A DNA stretch of 64,000 bases from positions 118,358 through 182,357 of the forward strand of contig NW_002060982.1 of NCBI RefSeq assembly GCF_000150275.1. Reading direction: 5' to 3'. The notes beneath the pieces were generated by a model. It worked only from the letters and a program-made list of their open reading frames with translations, made no database searches and was not told the DNA's origin. Position numbers and translations under genes: made by a program. Positions 36,984 to 50,800 of this stretch are shown piece by piece (position 1 is the first letter of the stretch; each line of letters opens with the position of its first letter). The DNA is from Trichoplax adhaerens. Taxonomy: Eukaryota > Animalia > Placozoa.

Positions 36984-39900
36984 AGTGGGATAGGATGAAG
37001 TTTATTTGGATAAGATGAAAAATTTTCTATTTGCAGTTGATTGATTTCTAGTTCAATTGCGATCTTCAAGCAGTTGTTGAAATGATCAATTTGACTTAGT
37101 TTTAATTTACAAATTTAGATAATTTTCAGCGAAGGGAACTATCGAATCTAGAATTTAAAAATAAAAGGATTTAAAGGAGATTAAGTTTTATACGTCGATA
37201 TTAACAATATAAGAAGACGTCATGCTGTATGGTCACAGTAAATTCATTTAAGTATCAAGAATTGATTCTAGCGAGCAAGCCTAACACAGAATCAGGAATA
37301 ATTTTATCAATAGCTAAATTGATCACAATAAATCGGGGAAAGTTTCACTATAAGTCCCGATAGACTTTGCATTTAATTGCTAAATCACAGCATTGTCATA
37401 TCTTTGATAATATGTATACGTTGGAAATTACTTTGGAAAATATAGATTTAATATAACGCTTTAGTAGAAATTATCCCCGAAATAGAGAATATCGTTACAC
37501 TATAGGTATTATTGTAGTAAGGTACAAATTATTTGAATAAGATGGCCAGGCAAAATCGGGTTCTACTAAATTAGCGAACTTATTTATCGTTCATAAAATA
37601 ATGTTAAAGCATATCGGATAATGGTGAAAATCTTACTAGACCGTACAATCTACTGTAAATCGGAAGTAGCTCACTTGTACATCTTATACATTTCGATATA
37701 GAAAGTCTTCAGAAAAAATTGTTTATTAAAAATTGAGTGTAAATTTCAAATCAGAAATAGTTTACCTATACGTAGACAACGGTTACGAAGAATTCGGAGA
37801 ACGGATTGCATTTTAGATTTGAAGGATTTGATTATATCAAATTGACATCAAAAATTTATATATAACTGCTGGAACATTTGTAAAACAATACATAGGGGTA
37901 TTTAATTTATTAATAATTAATTTATTATTCTTATCCATTGTACAAAGAAAGTAACGATGATATTGCACGTAACTAAGAATTGATAAATTAAATTATGATA
38001 TTAATAAATTTGTCAGAAAATAGCGAATGAAATAGGTTTGATACTGTTATTATTGATTGATTGATACATAAATAACTAAATTAGCTACATCTTGTCATCA
38101 ATAGAACAAAATAATTAAACTATCATAAACAAGATGTTCACTATTGCCGTCAATACTAAAGCAAATGACGTAAATTTTCAATGTCATCATGGATATCTGA
38201 GTTGTCACTGGATCAAATTGAAATAGAAATGAAGATATGTTTTGAAAATAATTTTGCTCTGCATATTGACTCTATTCTTCCTATAGTCTTAATGTTACCC
38301 TGTTCATTTGAGTTACTATGTACAGTAAGAAATAACAGGCAGGCATGAATCAAAGAAACATTTTCGGAATAGCATCATTATTATTTCACTTTCTTCACAA
38401 AGCTAGTTATGAAACTAATTGAAAGGGTTCAATTTTAAGTGGCTCCAATATATTTAATTTAGCCGTAAGAATTAATTGGTTCAGTCCAAATGCTTATATT
38501 CAGATTATCATCGATTAGATGATTGATTATTCCTGACCATATTAGAGAGATCCAGCTACATATGCTTCGGATAGAATTTATGGCGAATACAGGAAATTAT
38601 GATATGATTTAAAATTCTCGTCTTCTATATTTAACAATATTGTACGATTTTTGACGTAAAAACTGAAATCAGTGCCGGATGTATAATGTCTGAAACGCCG
38701 ATAATCAGAATCAACAATTCAATAAAAGATATCCTGACTGTGTCAAGGGCTAATTTAGATATTGATCGTAGACAATCTTGAGAGAACCCTGATTTTCAAT
38801 GCTAGTACATGTTATTGTTATTGTTGCATTATTGTAACTAAGGACTACCTATAAAAATATTACCAATATGATGGTTGCATACGTATGTCATGACATCATG
38901 CAGATTGCTAAAATTAGTGAATGAAATCAAACTTATTTCTTACGTATTCGTCAAATTACCAGTACTGTAAATAAAAATACTTGTGGGTTTACCGTACTTT
39001 TAATTATTTTTAGTACTTAGTTTGCTAGCCATTGGCAGATAGATAATATGATATGAAATAAATCTTCTTGAACAATTGGCCTTATAATGTTCAACAGCAG
39101 ACTAAGGATGTGAATTTTAAAGTGAAGCGCCACTTACAAATTGAATTAACATACTTTGGCCTAAGCCATAGGATGAGTAAAAACTTATCAATAGAGTGTG
39201 ATAAACCTATATACAAGCAGATTATGGCATTGAACTTGCATCGATACTCCTGGTACTAAAACATTTAGTGTATCATATAAGTGAAATAGCCAATAAAGTC
39301 TAATTCATGCTATTCTCCCAGTGATCAGTATTTCACAACTTACTCTCTCGCTCATTTAAAAACAATAAAACTCTATCGCTTTAAATAGAAATTATAATCT
39401 AGTTTGAGATGTAAAAGTATAAAATTAATCTCCAAACATTATTAACGACTCCTGTCTTAATATGTAAAAACATGGCGCGATTGATTCTGTCTGAGTACGA
39501 AATACACAATTAACAATAAGCTAAATAAGGGTAAAATAGGCATTTTTGAAAGGTCTGTACAATAGTAGTATTAATATATATCATTAATAGGTCTTCAATA
39601 TTTGTACTCTGGTAATAAAGGTCATTAGATAGGAGTAAATGAAATGAATAGCTTATTATAAACAAGACTAGAAAAGCAACAAAAACGATCAAGGATGGAT
39701 AAATATTGCAAATGTAGCTGTGTGTAATATGAGAGACAAGATTCTTTAATTGAGAATATATCAATAGCATTGGCTGGTAGTGAACAAGAGAGCATTCCTT
39801 ATTCTAAATCCATGGAAAGTAAAATAATTATTGCACTCTACATACTAAAGGAAGTTCTGTCTTAAGGTCTGTCAATAGAAATCTAGTGAGATGCTACGGA

Positions 39901-42900
39901 CAAATATTAAGGCGAAAATAAATCTGTCCTATGGAAAGTTCAAATTTCCTAACAGGCTTATTCACTTTTATGCTAATTATCACCTTTAGCTTGACCGTAG
40001 AAGGGATAAGAATAATCTTCATGAGAGAAGAAGCATTGATGATAATTTAATCAATGTTCATGTAACTTCAAAATCCGTTTCATTGGAGCTGTCGCACTGC
40101 CCAAGTCTTACGCTAGTGCTAAGTGTTAAGTAGTGGTTCCGAAAGAATTGGTGATTAGATAGACACGGTTAGACATGACGATTTGATGACTCAAAGTAAA
40201 AAACATCAATTCAAATTCATGTCTATTCATGCATATTAAACAATAGTTCTGCCGTGTTCTTCCTTTTAATAAGATTGAATTAATTGAATAAAAATATATT
40301 TAATACAAACGATGAATGCATAAAAAGACAGAAAATCAACAAAAATAAGCTTCAGTAGGACTTTCAGTCAACTTCCAATGGCTGTAATGACGTCTTATTT
40401 AATCAATTTCAAGTAAATGAGAAACTAAATCAACATCAATAAGCAAAGGAATGATTTTACGTCTTATTTTATCATCATCCCCACAATATGAATAGAAATG
40501 GACAGTTCGTAGGCTGAATAAGAGGATAAATGAAGATAAGTGAAGTGACAGTTGATAAATTGAAATACTAAACATTTGATCTGTTTACTTGTATCGAAAT
40601 GTTGTTCATCATGTAATATTTTCGATGATGAAATGAATAAAATCAATAAAAATAACTATTGTAGGGACGGAATGGAATGTCATTTGATAGAATAGACCAG
40701 TTATTGCGAAGTTACATTGGACTTTAGGCATTTTTAATTTATAGACTACATGTGCCAATGTTGATCTACTCGTTCCTATAATTGACCACTCGACATCAAA
40801 ATCTTACAACAATCCTATACATTGATAATAGTCCCAAGGTTACAGTATCCATCTTTGTATCTTTCATGTTATTTAAAATAATAAAGTCTAGTCATGTCGG
40901 CTAAGACTAGCTTTGCTTTGATAGCAAATGCAGTGATTTCTCCTTAATAAAAAAATAACAATTGCAACTGCATTGAATCGCAAGGAGCAGACACGCAAAT
41001 ACATACCATTGATTAAGCTAGTATTATTCCCCGTACATAAATGGGTTATTTTCCTATCCAATATTAATTGCGTAAATAACAAATGTCTTCTCGTTAATCG
41101 GATGGTCTAATTGATGAGAATATTTTCAATACCAGGTTATTCGTTACGGTAGCTGTGAATATGACTCATCAACAATAATTATTATTGGAATGAATGGCAG
41201 AATACTTTACCATCGATTGCACCTAACGGAAGTTAATTACAGCTAATAAACTGTTAAAATAATAGAGACAGCGGATAAATAATTTTGAAATCAAACTTAT
41301 TAAATTATTAAATTCACTGATTTTCAGCCTCATTAAGAGCTGTCTCGTAAAAGAAAAACTAGATTAAAGATATAGTTACCTTTTTTCTTGCAATCCAGAA
41401 TATCAGAAATTTTTCATTTTAGTCGGTTGTGATATACTCATAAGAGGAAATAGAAGTGGAGATAATTCAATTTTCGTCTTTTAATCGAAAACTCTATTAA
41501 TAGATACGTGGGCTAAGTATTAGTACTATCCTGATTATTAAACGAATTGTAATGATATATATCAGAATCAGTAGCGATAATATTGAAATTCTCATTATGT
41601 CTGGGATCCTGTAGTGCTCATATATGACGAAAACACATTAGCCACTTGCTTGACAATCTGTCTCCTGGTCTAATTCCCGTAATTGAGGTCTATCAGAGGA
41701 AATTGTATTACTTTTATCAAGTATACACTACAAAGCGCTTCAGTGAAAATTTTTGATTTTAGCTTTGATCGAGTGTTTACGTTATCTCATTCATAGGCTT
41801 CAAAGTAGAGAAGAAAGTATTCCACATGGCGTCGTATAATTTTAAATTTTTTGCATGGTCTATCCATTTTCTATATTCACTTAGATTATGGTAGTAACTG
41901 TAAATCCTAAAATAATATACAATAAATTAAATTCGCGAAAACTTTCGATAAGAATTGATACATGGTAATGGGGCGTTTAATAGCTAAATTTAAACTCTTT
42001 CAAGTAGTCTGCGCTTAAGTTTGTTACCATTGCCGTACTAAACTTAAGCTTAACTTTCTTAAAATCCGTAATAAGTGAAAAAATGAAACCGGAAGTAGCT
42101 AACCTTATATTAATTTAATTTACTGGATGTTAAAAAGCTCAAATTTTTAAGTCAGCGATAGTTTTTAATTTTAGGAGATAAAACTGACTGATGAACCGGT
42201 TTAAGATTGATTTTTTACGAGCAATACTGATGCATTTTTTACTAGGACAGAAAGCAAATTAGTTTTTGCAGTAATCGTAAACAATGCTATAATCAATAAC
42301 AGATTAAATAATGAATAGCAACTTTCTTCTACTGTACTTCAATGATAATTTCTCTCTTTGTACAAAGAAAGAAAAACCTCCCTGATAATTATTCTGTCGT
42401 CAATAATATAAGTCGTATTTTAGATGTTGTTTCAACTAGGTACTCGTGATTCAATTAATTTCATTTAATCATTAATCGATGAATGTTTAAGGTGCGAGAT
42501 TAATATTGGAAATAAATTATATTACTATCATCTTTAAAAGGAAAAAAGGAAGTTGGATAAAGAGATATCAATAGTATACTCATAAATATTTTCTCTTTCG
42601 ACCTTTTGAATGTGATCGAAAGATATGATCATCTCGATATAATTGCTAAGACTGCTGAATATGCACAATCCTAGCTTTATTCTATCACATAATAGAGGTT
42701 ATTGACTTCCTTGACTAAGTGATGTTATGGCATAGTTCCGAAACCGTACGTCTGCAATAAACGCAAATAGCATATAAAATCTATAAATTAAGCTCAAGAG
42801 AGGTGAGCAGGGTTAACAGGATTAATGTTGTTTCTTAATTATATACGTAAACACGGGCTAATAGTTTCCATTTCTAAAGAGACGGACTGAAACATAATAG

Positions 42901-44639
42901 AATGGCTTAGTTTTATATAATTAAAAGCAATTCCTCTACTGCTTTTCATTTAGATACCCAATGCACCTATTTCAAGTTTGCTAATAAATCTGATAAAAAA
43001 TTATTTATGTAATGCAGTAATTATTATTTTTGATCGTTTCTTTTAGTATATTGTAGTATAAAAGCATGCATCTAAATTTAATGAATGACATCAACTGTCT
43101 TAAGTTTAACCAAAAAATTATTGAAAGAGTTGATTTTCCTTGCAGTGTGAATTGGAAACGAGATTTATCGAGCCTAAGTGGTTTAATATCTCCAATAGAT
43201 AATCTGTAATGTCATTCTGGTTAGCATGTCTTCATTATACAAGTAATTTGCTACTGTGATGTAGAGAAAATAAGTTATAGTTAGAGAGGGATAAATTTCC
43301 CACTCGTTTTTGATGCGACGATAAATTAATAACTATCCTTACCAATATATCGCATCTTTATTTAGAACTATGATCAAATCGTCTCATTCTTAATTAAAGC
43401 TGATTTAAAATCTTATGCATAAGCAAACAGTTAATAAATTGGAGTAGAAAATGTATTTTCATGTCAATTAGGCAATAAATGATCAATAATTCGATTTTCT
43501 AAGGCAAAGACATATGTAGTTAAAAGTAGAGGCAATATTATTGATGCCTTAAAGTTATAAGCCCTTCCATACTCTTAATGTCAAAGATAATTTATCTTGT
43601 GCGATGGTTTGCGTACAACTTGATTAACTACCGGCTTATCAAAAACAACGATTGTTCTTTGCTGTCAAATTCATCAGCTTTTAATAATTTTTAAACTATT
43701 GAAACAATAAATCTAACAAACGTCAATGCAATTTAAGTGATGGAGATATGATAGCTTAGCACACTGACCAAAAAAACATCTTGAATGATGTTGATGGTTC
43801 TTGACCCCTAGGAATGCTCCTACATGATTATAAAATATGACGTGAAATAAGAAAAGAAAGAGTCCATGCTGATTACAGTGCGTTTTTTCTATTCTCATAA
43901 TTAAATCGAGATACCAATAGGAACTACAAAGCATCATAAACAGTGACGATTACTCCTATTTCAGTCCGGATAATTTAAAGTGATACTTTCCTACATTGCG
44001 ATCGTTGATGTAAAATCGATCAAAACACCCTGTTTACTTGTGATACGCTGTAGGTCTCATGATAATAGATGCATTGATGTATTAAATCTGATCCTATTGG
44101 TCTGAACTATTATCAAGCACAAAAATGTAAATGGAGAATGTTTAGAATAGATAAGAATTTTATCTCTATTTAACCTGCATTCAAAACAACAACTCTAACA
44201 ATAATATCGTTCTAAATAGGCATCGAATTACATACAAGTGAACAAGATACAACTGATTTATTGTTAAACCTTGTCATCACGTGATACTTATCAACTTCTA
44301 GTGCAAGAAAACAAGTTCCTTCTTTGACTTGTTATTGCTTTTAATTTTTGCTCAACTTAATTTGTTTGCTCTTGTTGTTATAAACTATAAAACTGCTTCA
44401 AGAGTTGTTTTCTCTTCTTCAAAATCGTGCATTTTAATGTTTTAGAGCTGCATTTGCTAGAATATTATTTACATAAGTATTTCTATGCTTAGGCGATAGG
44501 TGGATAACATGACGGAGATGACTCATAATGTTTGCATAACTACAGTTAATTAATCACCTTTGACTTTTCCTGTAATCACACATACTAAGTATTATAATCA
44601 AGAGGATTGATAATATTACCCGTTCAGCTATAGATTTAT

Positions 44640-44862
44640 GATTAGCATCGTTAACGATATGCGTGTAAGGAGGATTTACATATCAAAAATGGCGTCAATT
44701 GAGGATTACGTCTAGTCGATAGTGTTTAATTAATCAGATCGTATATTCGTACTTCCATAATATCTGTTAATTCAAGATTAGAATCATTAGCTATATGCGA
44801 GCAGGGAGGATTTGCATTTCCAAGATAGCGTCAAATATGGATTGTATCTGATCGCAAGTGTT
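44640..44862. repeat. Degenerate direct repeat, two 87-bp units, 136-bp period
   Basis: 44640-44726 and 44776-44862 align without gaps at about 75% identity (manual count). Confidence 0.7.
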
Positions 44863-47800
44863 ACATCATAATTGAAATTCTAATTTCTTTAATATCTGCT
44901 TAAATTGCTCTAACAAATCAATATTTATAAAAATAACATTTATAACATGTTTAAACTATAAGTCTACAGGAATTTTCCTCTTCAATTAATCCTGCTGCTA
45001 AAGCTTTTATTCAGACTAATGATGTAAAATTTATTAATAAAGCAGCTTGGCGATTTTCGAACTAGCTTTATGATACACATCGTAAATTTATTTAATGCTA
45101 TTGGACTTGAAATCGACTTTCAATATCATTAAAGCTAAGTAATAGCTTTTTCGCCAGTATTAATAGCTATATAAAATCTTACTGTAGGTAAAATACCCTT
45201 TGATGATGATAATGTTGATTAAAGGAAGATTCCCTTTATTGAGTCTTTGATATATTGTGTTCACAGAAATTTAAAAAATCATTATAGACGTAACGATTGT
45301 ATCATGCGTTATCGACTGGAAAGAGCTATTGTTAGTGTATTTTCTAGTGCTCATATTTCTTAACTCCACCTTTTTTGCGAGCATAAAATTTGTTGAAAGA
45401 TTTATAATAGTACTGACTTGCTACTTAATGAGGAAAATTACACATATCGATGCTTTTAACTTAATTTACTCTTCCAATCTAAGATCAAATTTAAAGTAGC
45501 TATCTTTCCTTTCAAATATCGTGGAAATCCTTCGAGATAATTTGTAACTGCATTTCAACAAGTCTTGTGATCTATCTTTCTTACAATAGAAAGTGGGAGA
45601 AAATGTGTATGTTTAAAATGTATTTTCTTCAGCAGCAGCTCTTCAGCCGTAAACTGAATTACATTTTTAATTCCATGAAGACTACCCTTGGGTTACCAAT
45701 CATTCTTTGTAAGTTACCATTAGCATAATTTTGTTCCTGAATAAGATAATAAAATACTGTAATGGTAAGATCTGCATCATAAAACAGCGACTATTTGATT
45801 TATTTGACAAACTTCAAAATATCTGTGAATTATTTTATAAAGTCAATATTACAAATCTAATTTATTAAGTACTTGATTTCAAATTTAAAAACTAATATCA
45901 CATCAGGTTATGCAACAAGTTCTTCACTGTATATTCTCAACTCTCAAACTCAGTAGTAGCACACACTATAACTGGTTTAATTAATAGACATGACTTATAA
46001 TTGCTTTATAGTTAGTAGCGTATTTCGTACGGTATCAGTCTTAATTATATTTATTTTCGCATAGGACTGATTAATTTTAATTTTAATCTGTCGAATTATT
46101 AGTTTCCAGGATTAATTTCCAGCATCATATAAGATAAATTGAAGTATCCCACAACAAGCTTTCCAAATAAAATCACTTTTGAATGATGATAGATGATTCA
46201 AAAATATCGATTTACGTACTTTTTATCTAAATAAGTTAGAGTAAACAATTATCACTATATCTAATTCTTTAATTTTGTAAATGTTAGTAACAGTACGAAT
46301 TCAATCATTAATCGGATATATGTATCTAAAATATGCATCAATACTGCAATTTAGTAACGTCAGCTGCCTGATTGCGTTATAAGTTACAAAAGTATTGCAT
46401 GTAAGTCGCTTAATCATAAGACTAGACTGCCAAAGTAAATGTTATTAATTTGTGATAATGGATATATTAAAAACTCCCTGTCAAAAATATGTTGGAGGGT
46501 TAAAAATTTACTTGTCATCAAGTGGATCATCTCATTTCAATACAAAGAAAGAACTGGAAACATATTATTTTCTTCTTTGAACAATAAGTATTTTAATTAC
46601 TGTATTGATCCATTTTGATTAATTGGATATGGCCTGAAAGGATATATGGGTACATGTGCATTCGGTTAATTATTGTAGGCATCTGACTGAGATTAATGTT
46701 TATCTTTTTCTTGAGGCATAGAAAACGTCTTTTCAGATTAATAATATAATTTTACGATTAAGGAGCGACCGATCTACGTAATAAAAGAGATAATTCTTCA
46801 TAAACAAGCATTATCTGACTAACATTCAGTCAAACATCTTGGTAAGAAAACAATGTTCATTATAGGTGATATACAAATAGGATTAATCATGATTTTCTAA
46901 ATACTAGACCAATATCTAAATGACATAAGTATTTTCGAAATATTCTTTGCAAGCAACCTCAACAAGCAATCTTTCCCTTCAGTAAAAAGTATAGTTGAGC
47001 AATTATGGCTGCGCAATATATGAATTTGCATTATTGCAATTCAAAATCGATGATAAAAAATATTTATTCTCTTCCTCTTATCCTTTATTGACATATGCAG
47101 CGATATCCAGAAAAATAAAGTTCAAAAACACTTTGCGTGATCAACTTTGCAATTAAAAATTAGCAGACAATGCAAATCAAAATAGACAGGAATAACAATT
47201 TTATTTATTAATTACGAGTAGCATCCATGCATTTGCTGATAATATAAAATTTTTGTTTGTTGTTACCGGTCAATGTCATTTATAGATTTCTTGTATATTT
47301 TATCATTATAATTTGATCAATAAATTTTTCATTTTCACCTTAAACTTTCCTATCGAGTAAACTACTTTTCGATTTCTGAGATATAAACAAATGCTTCAGC
47401 ATTGAATTAATTCCTTATTTTAACATGTTAGTAAATTTAGTAAATGATACTGTTAGTATCTCTGGGTGAAATTCTTCATCATTTTTTTATCGTTACTGTA
47501 CCTAATAATTTTGCCTAAGGATATATTAGTCAAATTGACAGTAAATTTTAAGTGGTAAATCTTTAGGGCAGGTCAGAGTAATACTTTGGGGTAATATTGG
47601 TTGATTGCATTAAAAATGAAAGTTTAATAGATTCATTAATAAGTGAAATAATGATTCAAATTTTATTTAAAAAATAACTAATATTTGAGGTTAAAAGGAA
47701 CTATGAAACTGTAACTATTTGGATGCTCTCATTTCTAAGCAACAAAAATAATTAATTTGAATAATTAAGATTACACATGTGTAGCTGATACAATAAACTA

Positions 47801-50800
47801 AAACCTTGTAAAGGAAACGAAGATATCAAAAATTACTGAATGGATTATGCTTTTTATGGTGCTTATCTGAAACTACAAAATACATCGACCGAAATCCTCT
47901 TTTTAATATACGCGTGCATAATGACGTTGCTACGCTTAATGCATTAAGCAATTTTTTGCGTATATCAAACATTATAATCGTATGCCTTTTTCCTAATTAA
48001 AACCAGATTAAACTACTGTAGAAGGGTTTGCTTATTTTGAAATAGAAAATATGAATAAACTAGCGTTGCTGTAAATTGCAGGCCTAAATTATTTTTAGTA
48101 TTTCTTAATATTGCCGAAGAAATCAGTAAATAAATTACCAGTATCTTGGAATATAATCTTGCAATTTAAGACTATATTTATACTCTAGCATAGTAGCATA
48201 ATAAAGAGCATTTTTACTTATAATTGTCAACACTAAAAATTTTCTCATCATTTTCATTTCTTTCCCTACTATTAGTCTCAGGAACTGAACAGGCTTATAG
48301 CTCAAATCTAATGTTCAGTATAAATTCCTCTCTACTAAGTGGATTTTCTGTTACCTATATCCGTTTCATTATGCAAATCGTACAAGATTAGGAGAAAATA
48401 TACAACGTGTGCAGTAGCAATCATAAAATGCAAGACACCTTATTCATTTTATCAGTATCTATCCTTGATGTTTAAAGAGCGTTTATGTAACGCTAAATTG
48501 ATCTCATTAGCAAACAACTAGATTTCTGAAAATTAGTGAATACGTATCTTAGAAGCAAGAACATATTATCATTTCATTGTATTATTTCCGCCAAACTGAG
48601 CTCATATAAAATTGATTGGTTCTATATGGATAAAAAACTTTGTTGCCTATGGTTACTACAAAGATATAGTAGTAGTTAGTATTAGAATCGAATGTCCTTC
48701 AAATTCGTGTCCTTATTAAGGGAATTCAAAATTGAAAAATCCACCTCTAAGCAATTAATGAAATTTACTTATTGAGAACCTTAGTGAATATACGACTCCA
48801 ACGTATAGTATGAATATTTATAGAAGAAATCCTATATACTATGGTTTGCACTGCGCTACTATTTTGAAATTTATAGCTACATAATTGTATCTGTAAGAAC
48901 GTCTTTAATTAAAATTGATTCAGTAAATAATAATCTTATTTGCGAAATGTTATCGGGTGTGCCAGCTAAAATGTTAGCTTACTCGTATTGGTAGCATTCA
49001 GTCTCCTAATACCAAACTCAAATATTAGATTTAGCAAAGGAAATATTAACTATGAAATGCATTTAATAGTATTTATATGTAAGAGCGTTAGCTATGAAGG
49101 ATTCTTTGAGTTATAAATCAAACTTTACAGTTATTTTAAGATCATGTTTATCGATCTAAAATCTTAAAACAATATTATAGGATAGCCATAAAATTGATGA
49201 AAAATAGATTTTCTTTTGTTAAGTATGCCAAATATTATGTAAAGCTTAAAATGTCTCTAAATATTAGTTTGAACTCAAATCAGCTGCCCAAGGTGCAAAG
49301 ATAGAGCGAATGATAGTTGAGAAAGCGTATTTAATGCATATCCTGCTGATCAGGATGCACGCGAGTATCTGTTTTGTTATTTAAATTTGAACGTTCGTAG
49401 TCGGATTTAGGCTTACCTCGCATTTATTTTGATACACTATATTGTCAATTGATTCAAAGATATCCAATTAATTGTAATTTTAATGTAAGCTCAGTTTTGT
49501 GGGGGGCTGAAGCAATTTTTTAATTGATTAAAAAATATCACTAATCTTTCGATGTACGTTAAAAAAATACTAAAACAGTAAAGTCAAGAAACTAAAATTG
49601 GAAGTAACTTTTTCTTAATTTCCATTATAGTGCACGATTAAAAGTATGAGAATTTTTTCTATAAAGGTTCCTTAACCCTTGATTATTATTTAGCAAAGAT
49701 AATGCAATTTATAGTGGATTATTTAATCGTGGAGGACTGATAAGAATTAATAAAGCAAAGTCTATGATCATACTATGACTTTGCTAATTTTTAAAAATGG
49801 ATTCCTAGAGTTACGCATTAGTTTAGTCAAAATTGTTGCTTAAGATTGGAATTCTGCTCCATTCGATTTGATATATTGAAATTATTTCTAGAATGTAGTT
49901 AATAAACCTAGTGAACGCTGATATTGTAGGCAATCTTTAAAAGTGTAAACTACTGTAATTTTCGTTAAAGTTGATTTCATTTAACAGATTTAATATAAAG
50001 TAAATCGTTATCTAACAATGGTGATATTAATAATAATTTATACGTAGTGTTGCAATAGTTTCTAATAAATAGGCTTTCAGTTCCGGTAAATTCACACGTC
50101 ATACTGCCATAGTCTACGATGCAGTAAATCAGAATTCATTTTAAAACAAGCTAGTCAAGAAATAATGCAATTTTAGTGCTATACTAGTGTGGAAATTTCA
50201 GTCAAATTTATTAGTGATTAGAAATTTATCGTAAGCGGCGATACATTTTTTTCAAAAATATATTTATGGTATTTCTCTAAATATAATAAATTTACTCCTT
50301 TCATTCTCACATGGAATATACGAGTATTATAACATCAACCGTTTCTGAGCTTTATGAAAAATCAGCATCTCAAACTCTATTCATAAATTACCTACATCTG
50401 GCGTGGATATACTGTATTTGTTATTCAACAGATTTATCGACAGTTTTCATTAGGCTATTTATTGCTGCTAACTTATTTTAAACAATCATAGCTAGTAGCA
50501 ATAGCATAGTTCGAACAAAATCTTTCATACTGCAACAACAATTACAGTTTAGATCTCACATCTCCCGAAACACGTAATTTAGTTTCAGATTCGCATAAAT
50601 GTCACTAATCTAACATGTAACAATTCTTATTTTGAATCATTTAACCCAGTATAAAAATTTAAAATATCATGGATTAAATTTCCAAAATTTATTTCAGCCA
50701 ATAACAGCAGCTAAAAAAGTTGATACAATTATCTGCTCTTAAATTTAGCTATTCAGTAATTTAAAGGGTAAGTGCAAAATCTTGAGCAACGTTATTATTA

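Noticed and set aside
39510-39770. 86-aa hydrophobic minus-strand ORF loosely like GPCR TM6-TM7
   Set aside because: Lacks the CWxP and NPxxY motifs; length and hydrophobicity are expected by chance at this AT content.
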